Shown here: positions 56,005 through 64,000 of the stretch, in pieces
How positions within the stretch are numbered: position 1 is the first letter of the stretch
How the letters are laid out: each line of letters starts with the position of its first letter
Assembly (NCBI GenBank): GCA_030649135.1
Contig: JAUSGI010000008.1
Location: 1-64,000, forward strand
Origin: a bacterium
GTDB lineage: Bacteria; Patescibacteriota; Minisyncoccia; Phycocordibacterales; Zambryskibacteraceae
Direction of reading: 5' to 3'
DNA: 64,000 nucleotides
Notes under the pieces: generated by a model
Database searches by the model: none
Seen by the model: the letters and a program-made list of their open reading frames with translations, nothing else
What the model was told of the DNA's origin: nothing
Program-made: the position numbers and the translations under genes

Positions 56005-56035
56005 CCCTCGGTTCGCATGAGCGCAACCGAGGGTC
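56003..56035. repeat. copy B of the repeated hairpin (GACCCTCGGTT...AACCGAGGGTC); bidirectional terminator-like
   Basis: same stem sequence as 16009-16041; flanks match for another ~20 nt. Confidence 0.6.
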
Positions 56036-56065
56036 CAAATTCTTCTTCATTGTTGAGAATGGTTG

Positions 56066-56242
56066 CTACTTCTCGGGTGTGCTGAAGATAACCGCTCGAG
56101 CGATGCCGTTGCTATACGACGTGTCGGTGACCGAGTGAATTTCCACATTGGTGCCAAGATCTTCCTCAACCATCCTGTCGAGAATGGTGAGTGCTCGCGA
56201 CTCCCCATCGAATCGCCCCGCCCAGTATGTTTTTACTCGCAT
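56066..56242 (-). CDS. small GC-rich hypothetical protein (58 aa from the internal ATG; the ORF extends to 56341 with a TTG)
   Basis: GGGGGA SD before the ATG at 56242; hairpin terminator immediately downstream on the minus strand. Confidence 0.4.
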   Translation of the reverse strand: MRVKTYWAGRFDGESRALTILDRMVEEDLGTNVEIHSVTDTSYSNGIARAVIFSTPEK

Positions 56243-56363
56243 GGTCTGTCCCCCTAGGAGAAGTGCGTTGCATCTGGTAGAGTCATACGCCCAAAGCAGG
56301 TTTGTGTCAAGAATGCGGGTTCTCCACAACTTACACACCAACTTTTACACCTTTGTCAGCTTG

Positions 56364-56379
56364 CCCCGCCATGGCGGGG
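56364..56379. promoter_or_regulatory. perfect 16-bp palindrome CCCCGCCATGGCGGGG upstream of dnaB
   Basis: palindrome in the divergent intergenic region; no T-run on either strand, so operator-like rather than terminator. Confidence 0.35.
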
Positions 56380-56396
56380 GTTGCTACCATTGTGGT

Positions 56397-57815
56397 ATGC
56401 AGGTACTAACTCTCGACGACAAAACTGGTTTGCGGATTCCGCCACACAGCATGGAGGCGGAGATGGCGTTACTTGGTTCTATCATGCTTCGTCCTGACGC
56501 TATTTATGACGTGCTCGATATTGTTACGCCAGCTTCGTTTTATTTCGAGAAACACAAAACCATTTTTGAGACTATGCTTGAATTGTTCGGCAAGCACAAT
56601 CCGATAGACATTCTTTCTCTTTCTTCGAGACTCAAAGAAAAGGATTTGCTCGAACGCCTTGGTGGGACTACATACTTAACCGAACTTTCTTCTGCGGTGC
56701 CATCTTCGGCAAACGCTAAACATTACGCCGAAATCGTGATGAAAAAGTTTATGATGCGCCAGCTCATAGAGGCTTCCGAGCATCTTTCCCATCTCGGCTT
56801 CGATGAATCCGGCGACTTGGAGGAAATCCTCGACCAAGCGGAGAAAAAAGTTTTTGACATTACCGAACGCTTCGCCGGTTCTGCCCGTTTCAGAGATCTC
56901 GTGCCACTCTTGGCCGAAGCATTTGAACGCTTCGAAAAACTCTCTTCGGCGGAGCACGAACTACGTGGCGTGCCGACGGGTTTCAAGTCGCTTGATGACA
57001 TCTTGGGTGGTTTCCAGAACTCCGACCTTATCATTATCGCCGCCCGTCCCTCTGTCGGTAAGACGGCCTTGGCTCTTGATATTGCCAGGCGTACGGCCAG
57101 TCTCCACCAAACCCCTGTAGGCATTTTTTCTCTTGAGATGAGCTCTGACCAGCTTGTTGACCGTATTGTGGCGGCTCAATCACGCACAGACTCTTCTGTC
57201 ATTAGGAAAGGTATACGTACTCAAACCGGCACTTGGCGTGATGATGTTTTCAAAAATATTCGTGACGCGCTCGATGAACTCTCGCGCACGCCTATCTACA
57301 TTGATGACCAACCGGGTAACACCATTATGAAAATGCGTTCGGCGGCTCGTAAGCTGAAAATTGAAAAAGGGCTCAAACTTCTGGTCGTTGATTATCTCCA
57401 ACTCATGGCACCTTCCACAGCGCGCATGAATGACTCAATGGTCCAGCAAGTCACGGAGATTTCCCGCTCGCTGAAACATCTTGCTCGTGAACTCAATATC
57501 CCGGTAGTAGCACTTTCTCAGCTTTCCCGCGCAGTGGAAACTCGCGGCGGCAAGCCCAAGCTCTCCGACCTGCGGGATTCCGGGTCCATTGAACAGGATG
57601 CTGACTTGGTGATGTTCATTCATTCCAATGAGGATGATATTCGCGACGAGAATGGCAAGATGAAAGAGGTTCAAAGGAAGGAACTCATCATCGCCAAGCA
57701 TAGAAATGGCCCTCTAGGTGTTGCCACACTCGACTATCACACCCGCTTCAATACTTTCGTTGAAATAGATTACTCAAATTACGGTAAAGCCGAAGAAGAA
57801 TTTAATAATTTATAA
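56397..57815 (+). CDS. dnaB: replicative DNA helicase DnaB
   Basis: PPHSMEAEMALLGSIM N-term; Walker A ARPSVGKT; RecA-like C-domain; no intein. Confidence 0.9.
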   Translation: MQVLTLDDKTGLRIPPHSMEAEMALLGSIMLRPDAIYDVLDIVTPASFYFEKHKTIFETMLELFGKHNPIDILSLSSRLKEKDLLERLGGTTYLTELSSAVPSSANAKHYAEIVMKKFMMRQLIEASEHLSHLGFDESGDLEEILDQAEKKVFDITERFAGSARFRDLVPLLAEAFERFEKLSSAEHELRGVPTGFKSLDDILGGFQNSDLIIIAARPSVGKTALALDIARRTASLHQTPVGIFSLEMSSDQLVDRIVAAQSRTDSSVIRKGIRTQTGTWRDDVFKNIRDALDELSRTPIYIDDQPGNTIMKMRSAARKLKIEKGLKLLVVDYLQLMAPSTARMNDSMVQQVTEISRSLKHLARELNIPVVALSQLSRAVETRGGKPKLSDLRDSGSIEQDADLVMFIHSNEDDIRDENGKMKEVQRKELIIAKHRNGPLGVATLDYHTRFNTFVEIDYSNYGKAEEEFNNL

Positions 57816-57820
57816 ACCGG

Positions 57821-58423
57821 ATGAATTCGATAGATAAACTGTCAGAAATATTCGCCCGTTTTCCCGGTATCGGACCGAGACAGGCTAAACGCTTTGTTTA
57901 CTTTCTGCTTTCCAGAAATGGTGACTACAGTAGTGAATTGGTGAAAGCGGTCCAAAGTCTCAAGAAGGAAATTATCCAGTGCGAGGGATGCATGAGGTTC
58001 TTTGCAGGGAATGGTCAAGTCTCGAAGCTCTGCTCAATCTGCGCGGATGATGCCAGGGACAGTTCAATGCTTATGATTGTGCCGCGAGATATTGATTTTG
58101 AAGCGATCGAGCGGAGCGGCAGTTATAAGGGCTACTATTTTATTTTAGGCGGTGTTGTTCCCATACTTGAAAAAGAACCGGAGAAAAGAATCAGGATTAA
58201 GGAACTTGAAAAAAGAATCAAAAGCAGTGAAAACCTTAAGGAAATTATTTTAGCGATGAATGCTAATCTGGATGGCGAGAATACCGCCGAATTTATCAAA
58301 CAAAAATACCAAGGCATTGTCTTGGTATTTTCCACTTTGGGGAAGGGCCTTTCGACCGGTGCCGAGCTCGAGTATGCCGACCCCGAGACTCTCAAAAACG
58401 CCTTTTTGCATAGGACCAAGTAG
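57821..58423 (+). CDS. recR: recombination protein RecR
   Basis: HhH N-term, C4 zinc finger (CEGC...CSIC), Toprim. Confidence 0.9.
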   Translation: MNSIDKLSEIFARFPGIGPRQAKRFVYFLLSRNGDYSSELVKAVQSLKKEIIQCEGCMRFFAGNGQVSKLCSICADDARDSSMLMIVPRDIDFEAIERSGSYKGYYFILGGVVPILEKEPEKRIRIKELEKRIKSSENLKEIILAMNANLDGENTAEFIKQKYQGIVLVFSTLGKGLSTGAELEYADPETLKNAFLHRTK

Positions 58424-58433
58424 ACTGTTGACT

Positions 58434-58462
58434 TTTCTTCAAAAAGAGAGTATTATTCAGAT
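58434..58462 (+). promoter_or_regulatory. sigma70-like promoter TTGACT-N17-TATTAT
   Basis: precedes the GAGGAG SD and the ATG of the 58501 gene. Confidence 0.45.
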
Positions 58463-58500
58463 AGACGAAATGCATCTCCCCACTGACTGAGGAGACTCCG

Positions 58501-58944
58501 ATGACAGAGAGATTCTCTCCCCACTTTCACCCCTGTGGTGGTCACCACGTCCACCTTGTCACGGGGCCAGGTTTTGGTGCCTCGGCGCCCTTCGCTTCTA
58601 TCCCGGCAGGAGAGTGCGTCATCGAAGGGGCCACCGACCGGAACGACCCTCAAGATGTTGAAGATGCAGCTCGACTCAAGAAGGAGCTTGGTGGTCTTAA
58701 GCTCCGCGCCGAAAGAGGACGAGCCAGAGGACTCTACTCTCATGCCAAGTGGCCCGACCAACTCGTTCCATACTGGACGGACTTCATCAACAACAAGCTG
58801 GCACCTAGGGAGTCCGCCGTTTTTGGTACATTTGCCTGCGATTTCGTGGGCAGGTGCGTGCGGGAAACGGATGGTGGTGACCCGCAGGGAGTTCTGCGGG
58901 TCAAAAAGGTCAGTGAGGTGCTAAGGCCAAAGGTTTCGGTCTAG
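58501..58944 (+). CDS. hypothetical GC-rich protein (147 aa)
   Basis: promoter, SD and terminator all present; no recognisable domain. Confidence 0.5.
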   Translation: MTERFSPHFHPCGGHHVHLVTGPGFGASAPFASIPAGECVIEGATDRNDPQDVEDAARLKKELGGLKLRAERGRARGLYSHAKWPDQLVPYWTDFINNKLAPRESAVFGTFACDFVGRCVRETDGGDPQGVLRVKKVSEVLRPKVSV

Positions 58945-58970
58945 CATCTCGCAGGCGAGCGAGCCCCGAC

Positions 58971-59014
58971 AGAGCCCCGTGCAATCTGCACGACCTTTGC
59001 GCGGGGCTCTTTTA
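58971..59014 (+). terminator. rho-independent terminator
   Basis: AGAGCCCCG...CGCGGGGCTCT then TTTTATTT. Confidence 0.6.
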
Positions 59015-59404
59015 TTTAATCGAATCTATTTTAATTTCGAAGTAGGGTTGGCGGTGGCCGTATTTTTTGTAGTAGCGCGACTTCTGTTTGTATTTGATAA
59101 CGTCAATAGTTTTATATCTGGCTATTTTAGCTAAAGTAGCTTTTACTTCCGCACCCTTAATAAATGGTGTACCAATAGTGGCCTCGCTTGCGCCATCATC
59201 CACCAACAGCACTTTATCAAAGACGAGTTTGTCCCCTTCTTTATACTCATCACCAAGTTTCTCAATTTTGACCTTATCCCCCACTACCACGCGATATTGT
59301 TTGCCACCGGTAGTAAAGACGGCATAAAGAGCCTTGGTAGGCTTTTGGGGAGCCTTAGGGGTGGTTTTCTTAACTGCTTTTATAGGCGTTTTACTCTCTT
59401 CCAT
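59012..59404 (-). CDS. rplU: ribosomal protein L21 with a Lys/Pro-rich N-terminal extension
   Basis: LYAVFTTGGKQYRVVVGDKV...KQKSRYYKKYGHRQ. Confidence 0.9.
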   Translation of the reverse strand: MEESKTPIKAVKKTTPKAPQKPTKALYAVFTTGGKQYRVVVGDKVKIEKLGDEYKEGDKLVFDKVLLVDDGASEATIGTPFIKGAEVKATLAKIARYKTIDVIKYKQKSRYYKKYGHRQPYFEIKIDSIK

Positions 59405-59411
59405 AAGAAGC

Positions 59412-60461
59412 TTATTCTACTGAAGGTTTGTCCAATGTCAATGTTTCTAATCCTATTCCCTCACCAGAAATTCTTACTATATCCTTATCTATATTTCTGA
59501 ACTCTTTGTGAGAGGTATTGTAATGATTTACTACGACTCCTAAAGCATTTCCTAGCTTTCCATGCGCTTCTTGATAGGCGGCAAGGTGTCTCTGTAAATT
59601 CCCCACATTCTTTATGACGTCCTTTACGGTTTCCTCTATATGCAGAGCCTTTAAGCCTTGTAGTACAGTCTGGAGGTAAGCCAAGAAAGAGGTTGGTGAG
59701 ACGATGAGAACGTGGTGTTTGGAAGCGGCGCGCTGGATGAGCGACTCAGTATCTTCTTTGAGCATTCCAATTTTATTGACGATAAGGTCGTAATAAATTG
59801 CCTCGTGCGGAATGAACATAAAGGCAAAATCCATAGTCCCCTGCCCAGGCTGGATATATTTCGAAGTCTCGGTGATCCGGTTTTTGAGATCATTGACGAA
59901 TGATTTTTCCCGTTTTTCTTTTTCTATCGGGTCTTTCTCTTCTACGAGGCGGTTGTAGTTCTCGAGTGAGAATTTGGAATCGATTGGGATGATTTTATCT
60001 TTCACAAAAACCGCAGCATCGACGATTGTGCCGTCTGGAAAGGCGTATTGCATCTGGTAGCTGCCAGCAGGTAAAACGTTCTTAAGGAGCGTTTCGAGAT
60101 AATACTCACCAAGAACACCTCGCTGCTTAGGGTTCTTTAAGATTTCCTGGAGGCTTTGGAGCTGGTCGGCAAATGATACTACCTGCTTGTTTGTCTCATC
60201 GAGCTTGGTCAGTCCCTGAGTTACTTCTTTAATGAGCTTAGCGGATTCACCGAACTGGGCCCTAACAGAGTCATTCATTAGGCGGGTACTTTCGGACATC
60301 TTGTTATCTACCGTCCGGGAGAGTTCATTGAGCTGAGTCAGTAAAAGATTAAGTCCTTCACTTCCCTCCTTCTTTTTCTTGAGCTCTCGATAGAAGAAGA
60401 AAAGGGCTGTCGCATTCACCAAAACTAGAATAATGCCTGTGATTAGAGTGGAAGTGGTCAT
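59412..60461 (-). CDS. rmuC: DNA recombination protein RmuC
   Basis: N-terminal TM, coiled coil, C-terminal RmuC nuclease-like domain. Confidence 0.8.
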   Translation of the reverse strand: MTTSTLITGIILVLVNATALFFFYRELKKKKEGSEGLNLLLTQLNELSRTVDNKMSESTRLMNDSVRAQFGESAKLIKEVTQGLTKLDETNKQVVSFADQLQSLQEILKNPKQRGVLGEYYLETLLKNVLPAGSYQMQYAFPDGTIVDAAVFVKDKIIPIDSKFSLENYNRLVEEKDPIEKEKREKSFVNDLKNRITETSKYIQPGQGTMDFAFMFIPHEAIYYDLIVNKIGMLKEDTESLIQRAASKHHVLIVSPTSFLAYLQTVLQGLKALHIEETVKDVIKNVGNLQRHLAAYQEAHGKLGNALGVVVNHYNTSHKEFRNIDKDIVRISGEGIGLETLTLDKPSVE

Positions 60462-60535
60462 TTATAGTTTTTTAATTCTTTAATAAGTACGATACAGACT
60501 GCCAGGGCTATGATTAGCCCAATAACATAAGCCAT
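60458..60535 (-). CDS. tiny hydrophobic peptide ORF (25 aa) whose stop overlaps the rmuC start (ATGA)
   Basis: MAYVIGLIIALAVCIVLIKELKNYK; too short to verify. Confidence 0.2.
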   Translation of the reverse strand: MAYVIGLIIALAVCIVLIKELKNYK

Positions 60536-60735
60536 ATTTAACTTTGGTTAATTTCTCGTTATTAATCCCTCTCTCAAGGAAAATCGGCCTAAAACTTCGA
60601 TTGAGAGTATCACCCTTTCGCTTCTCGTACCCGGGTGCTCTCGTTCTTGGAGTTAATTTCAGCAGATTGTTGAGATTATGTTTACGGTATCATCAGACAG
60701 TTTCTTTTGCAAGTGGAAAAGGATAGAATGGAATC

Positions 60736-61194
60736 ATGTCACTGCACCAAGATATCAGAGAGCAAATGAAAGAGGCCATGAAAGCTCGCGACGCCTTACG
60801 TCTGAATGTTATTCGCGGTCTCTTGGCCTCCTTTACCAACGAGGCTGTTTCCAAGAAAAGGAAGCCCGACGAAGAACTTTCGGATGAGGAGGTTTTAACT
60901 GTCATAGGAAGGGCGGTCAAGCAGAGAAAAGATTCAATAGAACAATTTGAAAAAGGTGGCCGAACGGATTTGGCCGAAGTGGAGAAATCAGAACTCTCTA
61001 TTCTCGAGACTTATCTACCACAGCAAATGTCCAAGGATGAAATTGTGGCGTATGTGAAATCAAAACAGGCAGAACTTGGTATGACCGACCCTGCCAAAAA
61101 GAATCAATTCATGGGTACCATCATGAAAGAGTTGAAAGGCAAAGCTGACGGCACTTTGGTTAAAGAAGTGATTGACACTGTGATTGTTTCGTGA
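60736..61194 (+). CDS. GatB/YqeY domain protein
   Basis: GatB/YqeY-family signature LRLNVIRGLLASF. Confidence 0.8.
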   Translation: MSLHQDIREQMKEAMKARDALRLNVIRGLLASFTNEAVSKKRKPDEELSDEEVLTVIGRAVKQRKDSIEQFEKGGRTDLAEVEKSELSILETYLPQQMSKDEIVAYVKSKQAELGMTDPAKKNQFMGTIMKELKGKADGTLVKEVIDTVIVS

Positions 61195-61222
61195 TACTGT
61201 CGAATAAGAAGGAGGTGCTCCC

Positions 61223-61378
61223 ATGAGTCGTCTCCCGAAGAAAGCGAAGAAGGATGCTTCTACTACTCCCCCCGAGCAGGTCGATGACTACCTAACGAGG
61301 GGGGAAGATTACGCGGACGAGCTCGAGGAGTTCTTCCGCGAGCAAAGGAAGCGTAAGGAGGCGCTTCCCAAGAACTAG
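61223..61378 (+). CDS. small highly charged GC-rich protein (51 aa)
   Basis: AAGGAGGTG SD 7 nt upstream; hairpin terminator downstream. Confidence 0.45.
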   Translation: MSRLPKKAKKDASTTPPEQVDDYLTRGEDYADELEEFFREQRKRKEALPKN

Positions 61379-61389
61379 TTCACGTTATC

Positions 61390-61435
61390 GAGGGCGGGCG
61401 CCCCAAGCGCTCGCCCTCATCTGTCTATTTTAAAT
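61390..61435 (+). terminator. hairpin terminator
   Basis: GAGGGCG-ggcgccccaagcgct-CGCCCTC then a T-rich run. Confidence 0.5.
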
Positions 61436-61682
61436 ATCCTTCCTTTCTCAATCTCTCAATTTTAAAGACTGTCCCGTCTCTGTATCCGCCAATTTTCCCA
61501 TCCGAGCGTATCACCCTGTGGCACGGCACTTTGGGGTCCACATTTTTATTCAAAATATTCCCCACCGCCCGGTATGCCCTTGGCCTCCCTGCCCTCTTGG
61601 CCACGTCCTTATAAGTGAGCACTTTTCCTTTGGGAATAGTTTTGACTACAGTATAAACTTTCTCTTTTAAATTCATCATTAA
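61425..61682 (-). CDS. methylated-DNA--protein-cysteine methyltransferase, DNA-binding/active-site domain only (~85 aa)
   Basis: PCHRVI active-site motif; helix-turn-helix; no N-terminal domain. Confidence 0.75.
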   Translation of the reverse strand, partial: LMMNLKEKVYTVVKTIPKGKVLTYKDVAKRAGRPRAYRAVGNILNKNVDPKVPCHRVIRSDGKIGGYRDGTVFKIERLRKEGYLK

Positions 61683-61755
61683 CATATTACGTGTTGGTAT
61701 TGTAAAAGAAAAGGTCGGTCGCCCACGAAGGACGACCGACCACGACCGAATCCGA

Positions 61756-63417
61756 CTAGCCCCACTCGATAGTCGAGAATGGCTTGTCGGAAGTACGATA
61801 AACCATGGCGCCGATTCCTGGTACTTCGTTTCCGGCGCGACGAACGAAACGCTTGTGGAACTCAAACGGAAGCTCCATTGCCTGCGCAGTGAACCCGTTC
61901 ACGCTAGAGACTGCCCAGTAGGCGATTACTGGGCCACTGCCAGCATCATCGCCCTTGGTGGTAGTGTGCACTGACTGGGTGACAACGGCACCAGCCTGCC
62001 ACACCAATGGATAGAGTCCGGTGCTCCGGAGCTCTTCGATATAAATGCCGTCCAACTGGCTCTCCATGGCAAGTTTCTCACGAGTCACTTCCCCTTCGAT
62101 ACGTACAGCAAGCCCTGGACCAGGAAATGGATGACGGGTAAGAAGTTCTTCCGGGACACCAATTTGTCGCCCGATATCCCTTCCTCCGTCCTTGACGCAG
62201 TCGGCGAGTGGTGTCAGTTCCTGAAAACGGAAGTTAAGGTTTGTGTTGTGATGGATCTTTATCGTAGCTTTCCGCGCCCCGCTTGCGTATCCTCCTCCGC
62301 TCTCGGAGATGTCAGTGTTGAGTGTTCCTTGTGCGATGAGTACCTGGTACTTACCATTCTCGCTCAAGCGCTCGGCTTCTTCCTCGAGCACGGGTTTGTA
62401 AACACCACGCATTACTAAGCGCTTGGCGCGCATAGCAGTCGGTGCCTTGTTGATACCCAGCAAACGTTGCCACCATGACCGCCTGGGTGAGAGTGCCCCA
62501 AGAAACCTATCAGTGGCATCGACGATTATGAGGGTGATCCACGGTTGGTTCTCAAAGTAACGACGTACGAAAGCCTTATCGTCAGGCCGATCGAGACCAC
62601 CAAGGTAGACACCATAGAATTGCTCGCGCCCGCTTGTAGCCTCCTTGATCAGGTATGCAGAAGTGGCAGAGTCTGACCCACCGGAGAGGGCCAGTACAAC
62701 CCTCTTGTCACCGATTTGTTCACGTAGCTCTGCGATCTTGCGCTTCGCGATGTCTCCCGCCGGAAAGCGATCTCTCGCTTTGCAGATCAGGAAACAGAAG
62801 TTCTCCAATATTCGTGGACCATCTGTGGTTTCAGAAACTTCCGGGTGAAACTGCACTCCATGGAGATGTCTCCACGAAGCAGCTGCCAAAGCATTTTCGG
62901 TAAAGCCGTAGACCGTGTCGAAGCTTACTGGTCCGTTCCCTTGGATCTGGTCTCCATGACTTTGGAGCACTAGCATTTCCTTCGAACATCCGCGAAATAG
63001 TTTCTCGAAGGTACGGAGCTTTAACTCATGGGTGCTGAACTCTTTACGAGTGGCAGCAGAAACCTGGATACCGATGTGCTTGGCCCACATCTGGAAACCC
63101 AAACAGATACCGAGCACCGATATGCCGAGATCGAAAATTCTCGAGTCGAAGGGTGGTGGTTCCATATGAACGGAAGCTGGTCCACCCGACAAGACGATGC
63201 CGGTCGGTGAAAGTATGGTGACATCTTCAGCCGTGACTGATGCCGGGTCAGCGACCAGACAGTAGACGCCGAGTTTGGCGAGCGCCTGGAAGATGAGGTG
63301 ATCGAACTGACTGCCCATGGCAAAGAGTAGAAAGACTTCTCTAGTGTGGCGAATCAGCATCTCTTCGTGGACAGCATCCAGTGATTCTGAAGTTGCCCTC
63401 CGGAAAGTGTCGAGCAT
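61756..63417 (-). CDS. guaA: GMP synthase (glutamine-hydrolysing); GC-rich; start may lie a few codons in
   Basis: GATase LGICLGFQ; PP-loop SGGSDSA; C-terminal dimerisation domain. Confidence 0.9.
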   Translation of the reverse strand: MLDTFRRATSESLDAVHEEMLIRHTREVFLLFAMGSQFDHLIFQALAKLGVYCLVADPASVTAEDVTILSPTGIVLSGGPASVHMEPPPFDSRIFDLGISVLGICLGFQMWAKHIGIQVSAATRKEFSTHELKLRTFEKLFRGCSKEMLVLQSHGDQIQGNGPVSFDTVYGFTENALAAASWRHLHGVQFHPEVSETTDGPRILENFCFLICKARDRFPAGDIAKRKIAELREQIGDKRVVLALSGGSDSATSAYLIKEATSGREQFYGVYLGGLDRPDDKAFVRRYFENQPWITLIIVDATDRFLGALSPRRSWWQRLLGINKAPTAMRAKRLVMRGVYKPVLEEEAERLSENGKYQVLIAQGTLNTDISESGGGYASGARKATIKIHHNTNLNFRFQELTPLADCVKDGGRDIGRQIGVPEELLTRHPFPGPGLAVRIEGEVTREKLAMESQLDGIYIEELRSTGLYPLVWQAGAVVTQSVHTTTKGDDAGSGPVIAYWAVSSVNGFTAQAMELPFEFHKRFVRRAGNEVPGIGAMVYRTSDKPFSTIEWG

Positions 63418-63624
63418 TTGCTACCTCCTTGGTTGGTTGTTAGCCCTAGAACATACGGCTTGAGCTGCTCTCTAAATAGACTACACATTATTAAAAACTA
63501 AAGCCATACCCTTGCAAAATGGTCTTTTTTGTTTCGAGACTCGCTCTCCACAACTTTTTTCTTACCCAAAGAGGTTTGTCTGTACTATAATGTATCGACT
63601 ATTAAAAACATAACAGACCCACGC

Positions 63625-64000
63625 CATGAAAAAACCCGTCTCTCGCGCTAAACGCACACAAATTCTTTCCATCATCAAACGAGACGGTTCAGTAGTACCT
63701 TTTGATACTGGCAAAATTGCCCGCGCGGTAGAAAAAGCCATGCGCGCCGCCGGAGAGTTGGTAAATGGCGCGCCGGAGAGAATTGCGGAGGCCGTTTTCC
63801 AGAAAGTGCGCATGCCGAAAGAGGATAAGTCACTACCAACCCCAACTGTTGAGGGTGTGCAGGACTTGGTAGAAGCAGAACTCATGCTTCAGAAGTTTCT
63901 GGCCACCGCCAAGGCCTACATTCTCTACCGTGAAGAACGAACCAAGCTTCGTTACAAAGGTGTGGAAGTGCCGCAAAAAGTTAAAAAGCTTGCCACCGAC
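63625..64000 (+). CDS. ribonucleotide reductase, N-terminal ATP-cone (partial; runs off the window)
   Basis: ILSIIKRDGSVVPFDTGKIARAVEKA; open frame to the window end. Confidence 0.6.

Noticed and set aside
56148-56396. N-terminal 83-aa extension of the dnaB ORF
   Set aside because: The sequence is not DnaB-like. The DnaB N-domain begins at the ATG at 56397. The region instead holds a signalled minus-strand small gene and a palindrome.
63418-63624. Purine or B12 riboswitch in the guaA / RNR divergent region
   Set aside because: Leaders are short (~30-60 nt). No purine-riboswitch (UAUA...GGAUAUGG...CUACC) or cobalamin-riboswitch core motifs were found by eye.
63562-63885. 107-aa minus-strand ORF
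   Set aside because: It overlaps a plus-strand frame encoding a canonical ATP-cone/RNR N-terminus (KRDGSVVPFDTGKIARAVEKA) that is open to the window end, so the minus ORF is taken as spurious.
1-64000. tRNA, rRNA or tmRNA genes
   Set aside because: Intergenic regions were scanned for GTTCGA/TTCGAATCC-type T-arm motifs and cloverleaf-sized gaps, and none was found. All gaps longer than 100 nt are accounted for by promoters, leaders or terminators.

Overview
Densely coding 64-kb segment from a small-genome bacterium, most plausibly a Candidate Phyla Radiation/Patescibacteria-type organism (inference from compact aaRSs, an AlaRS lacking editing/C-Ala domains, an N-domain-only L9 and a DnaJ without Zn-finger). 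No rRNA, tRNA or CRISPR array was found. Order of contents: mnmA, purD, an ATP-cone–Mrr-like nuclease, MgtC, UDG4, short alaS; the infA-rpmJ-rpsM-rpsK-rpsD-rpoA-rplQ / rplM-rpsI block; grpE-dnaK ... dnaJ, split by a GC-rich orphan gene plus a MazEF-like TA pair; a GC-rich patch with a small Zn-ribbon gene, an SMR-like exporter, a PdaD-like pyruvoyl arginine decarboxylase and a NodU/CmcH-type carbamoyltransferase; a split sensor kinase; trpS and asnS/aspS; an AT-rich two-gene island; an ABC exporter, scpAB, a PBP5-like carboxypeptidase, mraY and galE. A ~11.6-kb block then sits between mraY/galE and ftsW-murG: a DUF4258/DUF2283 cassette flanked by a duplicated galE 3' end, a 1310-aa LTD/beta-helix/FIVAR-like surface protein, a divergent ECF sigma, REC-(repeat-rich PAS histidine kinase)-REC, a DUF3494(ice-binding-like)/beta-helix protein sharing an unrecognised C-terminal module with the giant protein, and a CAP-domain protein. 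After that: ftsW, murG, gltX, an M23 peptidase; a second GC-rich block (pyrF-like, pyrE-like, purC, an SLT/Rpf-like transglycosylase); a DEDD exonuclease, rpmA, short rplI, ctpA, cysS, dnaB, recR, rplU, rmuC, yqeY-like, MGMT-like, guaA and the 5' end of an ATP-cone ribonucleotide reductase. The sequence is a three-way compositional mosaic: GC-rich genes (roughly 55-60% by eye) with GC-clamped hairpin terminators and textbook promoters/SDs, a ~32% GC island, and a ~40-48% core.
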